6,920 nucleotides of DNA. It comes from Fonticula alba ATCC 38817 (taxonomy: Eukaryota > Protista > Nucleariida). Below the pieces are notes generated by a model that made no database searches, was not told the origin of the DNA, and worked only from the letters and a program-made list of their open reading frames with translations. Positions 1-6,000 of the stretch are shown here, piece after piece. Position 1 is the first letter of the stretch. The number at the start of each line of letters is the position of its first letter. Both the position numbers and the translations under genes were made by a program. The stretch lies in assembly GCA_000388065.2 (NCBI GenBank), contig KB932211.1, one strand, 5' to 3'.

Positions 1-44
<44 letters not shown>
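1..44. repeat. (AC)n microsatellite, at least 22 units, cut by the left edge
   Basis: Direct reading of positions 1-44. Confidence 0.99.
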
Positions 45-47
<3 letters not shown>

Positions 48-1342
48 GTCGGGCTGGCATCCGGGGGGCCGGCCCAGAGTGAAGATCTTGGCAGCCGTGT
101 GCCGAGACGCACCACCGGAACGCTGGCCAAGCTGGTGGCCGCCTGTCGCCGGGGAGCTTCTCCCCTCGGGCCGTGCATCGCGGGGGATCCCCCCCGATGT
201 TGCCTGCCCGCCAACCGGCCCCCATGCGGCGGATCATCGAGTTGCCCCGTTTCAGGCGCCGAAAGCGCCCCGGCTGACGCGCCGCTACCCAGAGAGCAGC
301 AACCAGCGGCCGATCGCTGGCAGAGCCTGCCAACGCGGGGACCGGACCGGCAAGAACCCTGCTTCGGCTGGGGCCTCTCGTGACATGGATCTGGTCAGCC
401 GGATGCCCAAGGGCACCCTGCCACACGGGCGCAGCATGTTGTCGGTTCTGACGCTGCTGGAGGGCATCTCTCCGTGCAGATCAGTCGGAACTGGGAATGC
501 AGTCCCATGATCGGCGCGCTCCAGGCCCCGACGGCCGGTATGGCTTATGGCTGGGTGCGGAGCGCGCGCGCTTGCACGCCCGCTCGCCCCGGCACCCGGG
601 CCGGACGGGGGGCTGCCCAGCCCATGGGGCTGGCGGCGGCCGAAGGCAACCGGCGGATGGCACCGCCGGAGATCGTGCGGCCGAGAAGCGAACCGCCCGG
701 GGGTCCCTCGCCGGCAGTGGGTGGCCGGGGCCGGCCGTCGATGGCCGCCATTTGGGCGCGTGAACGGGCGCGCCCGGCTGGCCGAACGCGCGGAGGAGCG
801 GGCGAATGGGCGCAGCACCCCGGCCCGGCCCATTGCCTGGGCGACTGAGAGACGGGGAACACACGAACCCCGAGAGCCACGCGCCCCCTGCAGAAGAGGG
901 TCCCCCCGGCTGTTTGGGAAAGGCCGCGCCTCGGGGCGCGGGTCACCCGAGCTCACAACAGCCAACGGATGCACATTCCGCCGGCGCCAATCCCCTTGCG
1001 CCAGGGCCTCGCGCCGGCCGCTGCTCGGCATCAAGCAAACCCCGAGAGACGGCATTTCCAGCGCCCCTTCGCGTCGCCACCCCCCCGTTCGCCAGCACGC
1101 TGGCCGGGCGCGCGGGCAGCCAGGTCCTCGGAGTGATGCGCAGCTGGACCACGAACACGGTCGTTCCCCCCGGCCGGGCGACCCCGGTGGGGGGACGCGC
1201 AAGTCCCCAGCGCGCGCGCGTTGTCTTCCCCCGCCCCCCGGCGGCAGGGGGAGGCGGCCTTGAATGGCGGCAGGCCGCCGGGGAGTTCCGGGCGGGCGCG
1301 GCTCTTTTTTTCGCCCCTCCCCTCACCCGAATGCGGAGGCCG

Positions 1343-1351
1343 AGCCAATCG
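1343..1351 (+). promoter_or_regulatory. Candidate CCAAT box (NF-Y/HAP site)
   Basis: AGCCAATCG fits the RRCCAAT(C/G)(A/G) consensus, ~300 nt upstream of ATG 1653. Function not shown; the TSS is unknown. Confidence 0.4.
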
Positions 1352-1380
1352 CTGGTGATGGCACAACCGGCGTGAAAGCC

Positions 1381-1424
1381 GGGGGGGGGGGTTATGCCCG
1401 GCGACGCTCCCCCCCCCCCCCCCC
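1381..1424. repeat. G11 (1381-1391) and C16 (1409-1424) homopolymers forming an inverted pair
   Basis: Direct reading; 17-nt spacer TTATGCCCGGCGACGCT. Confidence 0.9.
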
Positions 1425-1512
1425 TCTGGTAGTGGTGACAGCAGTGGCATCCAAAAGAGCCCCAGCGGCACACGATGTCCGGCGGCCAGGCAGCCCCTTT
1501 GTTATTATTTTG

Positions 1513-1546
1513 CCCCCTCCCTCCCTTTCTCTGTCCCCCCTCCCCC
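1513..1546 (-). promoter_or_regulatory. Putative G-quadruplex (minus strand) / i-motif (plus strand) within a polypyrimidine tract
   Basis: Five C-tracts on +: 1513-1517, 1519-1521, 1523-1525, 1535-1540, 1542-1546, with loops of 1, 1, 9 and 1 nt. Formation in vivo untested. Confidence 0.55.
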
Positions 1547-1584
1547 TCTCGCCCGCACACCCCGCGCCCGTGCCCTTGCCGAGT

Positions 1585-1599
1585 CCCCCCCCCCCCCCC
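1585..1599. repeat. C15 homopolymer
   Basis: Direct reading; ends 54 nt upstream of ATG 1653. Confidence 0.95.
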
Positions 1600-1652
1600 A
1601 CGGCTGCACCGCTGTGGCCAGGCCCGCCACAACCATATCCAGCAGGCGTGGC

Positions 1653-1766
1653 ATGATGTTGCTGCGGCGGCGGCGGCGGCCCGCGGCCCGGGCAGGGGGC
1701 CTGCCCGGGGTCTTGGTCCTTGCGCTGCTGGTGCTCGTGCTCCTGCTGGCTGCCCTGACGTCCGGG
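1653..1766 (+). other. Predicted cleavable signal peptide (38 aa)
   Basis: Basic n-region (RRRRR..R) and a 16-residue hydrophobic core VLVLALLVLVLLLAAL (1710-1757). Small residues at -3/-1 (T, G) precede Q39, matching the von Heijne (-3,-1) rule. Judged by eye; SignalP not run. Confidence 0.8.
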
Positions 1767-3003
1767 CAGGATGTCTTCCTGTACTCGGCCCCATATCCGA
1801 TCAAGACAAGCTCGCTGCCGATCCGCCTTACCACCGGGCCGCGGTCCCTTTCCATGGCCCAAGACCTGGACGTGCCGGGCACGATTACCAGCTTGCTGCA
1901 GGACGACCTGCAGCCGAGCCTGGCCGAGTTCCGCTGGGGCCCCTTTTTCGGGAACTCCAAACAGCTGTTGCTCCGCCAGGGGAACAGCCTGGCTGGCGGC
2001 TGGCCCGGGCTCTGGCTGTCCCGGAGCGACAGCCAGCCGACCCTCTTCCTGGAACACAACCGGTCCCAGGTGAAGATCTACACCTCGGCCCTGGAGTATG
2101 TGCTTCCGGAGCCGACGACCTCGGTTCTGGCTGGTGTGGCCTTGTCAAGCACCGAGGCGCTCTTTCTGGGCGTGACCGAAGCCCCGGGCAGCGTTCCGGT
2201 GGTTTACTTGGCGAAGGTCACCGACTTCGGCCTGGGGGGAATCGACGCGTCGTCCATCACTTTGTCGGGGCCGGTTTCGGCGGCGGTCGCCGGCGATGCG
2301 AGCTCCTTCTACATGGCCGAGGACATGCGGCTCCGGTATGTGGCCGTGGTGACCGGCGCCGGCCTCTATAGCAACTACGTGGACATGTCGGCCAGGATCC
2401 TGGCCATTGCCGCCACCTGGGTCATCTCCACGGAAAGCAGCTGCCCCTTCGGTGCCGATGTGGTGCTCCTGCTGGAGGGCGGCAGGCTGGCCGTGGTGCC
2501 CTGCCTCGGGCATGGGCCGCCGGGGGACCCCCTTTTCGTGGATATCCCGGCCGGGGTGGACTGGAGTGGATCGGGGATTTTGGCCGCCCCGGTGGCCGCC
2601 ATGTCTGGCACCCCGGTGCCCTTCTACGTGCTGCTGCGCAATGGCAGCGACATCCAGAGCCAGCTTTGGCGGTCCCATGTCGAGCAAGGAGTCCTGTCCC
2701 TGCGCCGGGTGGTCCTGCCGCCGGGCATCACCAGCACTGGCACGCTACAGCTGGGTCGATTTTACAATGGCCCCGGCAGCGCCCCCGGCATTTGGGCCCT
2801 GCTGTCGGAAAACACGGTGCTCTTCGACTCGGAGGCCTTCGGCTGTCAGACCGACAGCACCATCCTGTGCAGTGTCGAGGGTCGGACATCCGATTGGTCC
2901 AATGGCTGGGCGTGTGCCCCGGGCCATGTAATGTCGCCCTTTGTGGCGGCCGGCCAGCTGTGCGCCGGGTGCGCGGATGGCTGGTACCTGGACCGGCCGG
3001 CCG
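1653..3003 (+). CDS. Exon 1: signal peptide, Cys-poor beta-rich domain A (1767-2843) and start of Cys-rich linker
   Basis: Part of track ORF 1614..3281, whose listed start is a GTG; the first in-frame ATGs are 1653 and 1656. It reads MMLLRRRRRPAARAGGLPGVLVLALLVLVLLLAALTSG-QDVF... N-glycosylation sequons NRS (2058-2066) and NGS (2640-2648). Ends at donor G|GTGCGT. Confidence 0.9.
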
Positions 3004-6000
3004 GTGCGTTTCGCGTGTTCACCCTGCATTGGCCGGTCTTTTTCGTCTGTTTTGCTGCTGCCGCCGCCGCCGCCGCCGGCCGCTGGCCATTTCTCGGGAG
3101 CGCCCCGTGCCTGACACCGCCGGCCTTTCCCCAGGCGAGGCGCCCTTCTCCAAGCGGGGCCATAGCTGCCAACCTTGCCCGCAAACCGACTGCCAGACCT
3201 GCAACGCCGAGCACTGTCTCCTGTGTCGAGATGGGTTCTTCCTGCTGGTTGATGCCGTGGCGGGCAGCACCGCCTGCGTGAGCAGCTGTCCCCTCGGCTT
3301 CACGCCGGTGGACCGCATGTGTCAACTCAACAGCCGGGCCTTCCTGCCAAACATGATGCTGACCACGCCGGGCCAGTACCCGATGCTCGGGCTGGACTCC
3401 GGCGACCGGGTCATTGCCATCGGCGAGTCGTGGCTGATGGGCGACCTGGCCACCGGAGGCCCGGTGCTGCCGGCCATCGGCACCACCTCGGCCGCCGGTG
3501 GCCCCGGGCCGCGGGTGTTGCTCTTCACGGAGCAGCGCAAGACGTACCTCATGTCGGCCGGTCACATTGGGCAGCCCGACCGGCCGGCCGTGCAGCCGAT
3601 TTCCCTGTTGGCTCCGCATCCGGCCACGCCGACCGTGGCCTTCGCCGAGCTGGGGCCCTTTGTGTTCGGGACGGAAATCGCGTACATGGTGGTCCTGTGC
3701 GGGGCATCCGGCGCGTCGCAGGTGGTGATATTGACCTGCTCCGGCCCAGCGCCATGCGTGGTCACGGGCAGGGCGAGTCACATCGCGCCGGGCGGAGGGT
3801 GTAGCACGGTCTGGCGCATGGGCCCCACGAGCGCCCTCATGCCCCAGGGACCCCAGCTGATGACCGTCATTCAGGTCGACGAGGCGGCCAGAACACCGCA
3901 CTTCACAGCTCTGACAGCCACTGGCGGGGTTGCTCTCGCCTCCGAGGCGGCGGCCGGCGGCCGCGCCCAGCCGGGCCTCGGAGACTGGTTCGTGTGGACC
4001 ACGGCCCATGCCAAGGCCACGGCCGCGCCATTGCCCCTGGTGAGTGGGGACCCGCGCGTGGCCCCCCTGTCCGGGAGCTTCGTGCCCGGGCTGCCGGAGT
4101 CGGAGAATTCCTTCGTGCCGGTGCTGCTCCCCCGGGGGGCCGGCGCCCCGGCGGAGCTGGTCTTCTCCCGGATGGTGGGCGCCGAGTGGGTGATTGTCCG
4201 GGCCCCGGGGGACATGCTGCCAACCGGCCGGTCCATGGGGCTCCCCTCGGAGCAGCAGTTGCTCGGTGTCTTCCCCGAGCCCTTGACCCAGTCCGGCACC
4301 GGGCCACGGAATGCCCTGTTCCAGGGGGTCGATCTGTCGGCCGGCAGCCCGGCCTACCCGAGCGCGCTGCTCGTGCAAGCGCGCACCTTCATCGGGGTGT
4401 CGTTGCTGCATTGCCCGGCCGGGGCCACTGGGCCGTGTTTTCTGCTGCCGGCGACATTTGTGGACTTGCCGCTGGAGGTGGCTCTCCCGAGCGATGTGTC
4501 CTTCTGGCTGCCGGCCGTGGCGCAGGTCGGCCTGGCGCCGGGCAGTCACGGCCAGAGCCAGGGTCCTCTGCAGCAGGGGACCGTGCTGAGCCTGATGATC
4601 GTGTCGCGGGCCACCGGGCCGATGTCCGTCTCGCTGGAGGTGGTCTGTCCTTCCGGGGCGGCGGGCCCGCGGTGTGACCCCTGCGATGGGTCTTGCGCTG
4701 AATGTGCGCACCCCGGCGACCCGGCGGCCTGTACGGCGTGCCTGGCCGGTGATTGGCTGCTTGATGGCACATGTGTCGGCGTCTGTCCGCCCGGGACCTG
4801 GTCCGACGGGGCGGGCCAAGTGTGTCNNNNNNNNNNNNNNNNNNNNNNNNNNNNNNNNNNNNNNNNNNNNNNNNNNNNNNNNNNNNNNNNNNNNNNNNNN
4901 NNNNNNNNNNNNNNNNNNNNNNNNNNNNNNNNNNNNNNNNNNNNNNNNNNNNNNNNNNNNNNNNNNNNNNNNNNNNNNNNNNNNNNNNNNNNNNNNNNNN
5001 NNNNNNNNNNNNNNNNNNNNNNNNNNNNNNNNNNNNNNNNNNNNNNNNNNNNNNNNNNNNNNNNNNNNNNNNNNNNNNNNNNNNNNNNNNNNNNNNNNNN
5101 NNNNNNNNNNNNNNNNNNNNNNNNNNNNNNNNNNNNNNNNNNNNNNNNNNNNNNNNNNNNNNNNNNNNNNNNNNNNNNNNNNNNNNNNNNNNNNNNNNNN
5201 NNNNNNNNNNNNNNNNGGCCGGCTGCACCGACTGCACCACGGCCACCGCCTGCACGGGCTGCAGTGTCCGGCACTTCCTGGCCGGGGATGGCCGGTGCAT
5301 GGCCTGCGACGGGTCGTGCGCGGCGTGCGCCAGTGCCACATCGTGCGCCGCCTGCCAGCCGGGGCTGGTGTTCCTCGCGGCGGATGAGCAGGTGGCGTCC
5401 CTGTGCGGGAGCGTCTGCCTGCCGGGGCAGTATGTCGGGACTGGCCGGTGCGCCGAGTGCGATGCCTCGTGCGAGCTGTGCGCCGGCGGTGCGGCATCGT
5501 GCACGGTGTGCGCCGAGGGTTTCGGCTGGGCGAGCCCGCCGGGCCCGGGGAGCACGGGGGCTTGCGTCGCCTGCGACCCGGGGTGTGTGTCCTGCACGGC
5601 GGGCCGGTGCCTGGTCTGTGAGCAGGGGCTGCTCCTTGGGCCGGATGGGGCCTGTGTGGCCTCCTGCCCGGCCGGGTGGTGGCCCAACGGCGAGTCGTGC
5701 CAGCCGTGCGATGTCAGCTGCGGCACCTGCACCGGCGGCGATGCCGACCAGTGCACCGGGTGCGNNNNNNNNNNAGGCCTGCGCCGCCAGGCATGTGGCC
5801 CTTGCCGGGCGGTGCCTGCCCTGCCATGTGTCGTGCAGCGCGTGCACCGGGGTCCGGAGCACCGAGTGCGGTGCCTGCATCGACGACCTGCTGGCCCTGC
5901 CGGCCGGGCAGACCCCGACGCGTTGCATGGCCGCCTGCCCGGCCGGGTACAATGCCTCGGCCGGCGGGTGCGCCGCCTGCCCGGAGCACTGCGCCAGCTG

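Noticed and set aside
744-760. YY1-like GCCGCCATTT and E2F-like TTTGGGCGCG
   Set aside because: Imperfect matches in GC-rich DNA, far from the start codon, and the presence of such factors in this organism is unknown.
847-1052. Dispersed repeats AACCCCGAGAG (866, 1038) and GAGAGACGG (847, 1044)
   Set aside because: Only two copies of 9-11 nt, which is about what chance gives in 1.6 kb of biased sequence. No spacer-repeat periodicity, so not CRISPR or a tandem array.
1264-1311. tRNA/SINE-like A and B boxes (TGGCGGCAGG, GAGTTCCGGGC) before T7
   Set aside because: Both deviate from consensus at key positions, their spacing is far too short, and no cloverleaf forms.
285-1375. ORFs 285..1202(-), 547..1263(+), 806..1375(+), 474..848(+), 545..946(-)
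   Set aside because: Arg/Pro/Gly/Ala-rich translations typical of GC-rich non-coding DNA, with no motif, no coding-like codon pattern and several non-ATG starts.
1195-1396. Resemblance to RNase MRP/P RNA (AAGTCCCC at 1201 and GGGGTTA near 1388-1394)
   Set aside because: No GARAR P8 loop and no proper CR-V context, and a T7 run in the middle would stop Pol III. An Infernal search would settle it.
1614-3281. Track ORF as a complete 555-aa single-exon gene
   Set aside because: It starts at GTG under bacterial start rules, and its 3' part reads through a canonical intron. The spliced model explains the downstream Cys-rich frame. Kept only as a hypothetical retention isoform.
2991-3590. 13-nt repeat GACCGGCCGGCCG at 2991 and 3578
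   Set aside because: Low-complexity CCGG iteration encoding DRPA; no flanking similarity.
2846-5497. 883-aa minus-strand ORF, plus 1392..2057 and 2145..2687
   Set aside because: They are exactly in register antisense to the real coding frame. Antisense stops need sense TTA/CTA/TCA codons, which are rare in G/C-ending codon usage. The long one also runs through Ns. Shadow ORFs.
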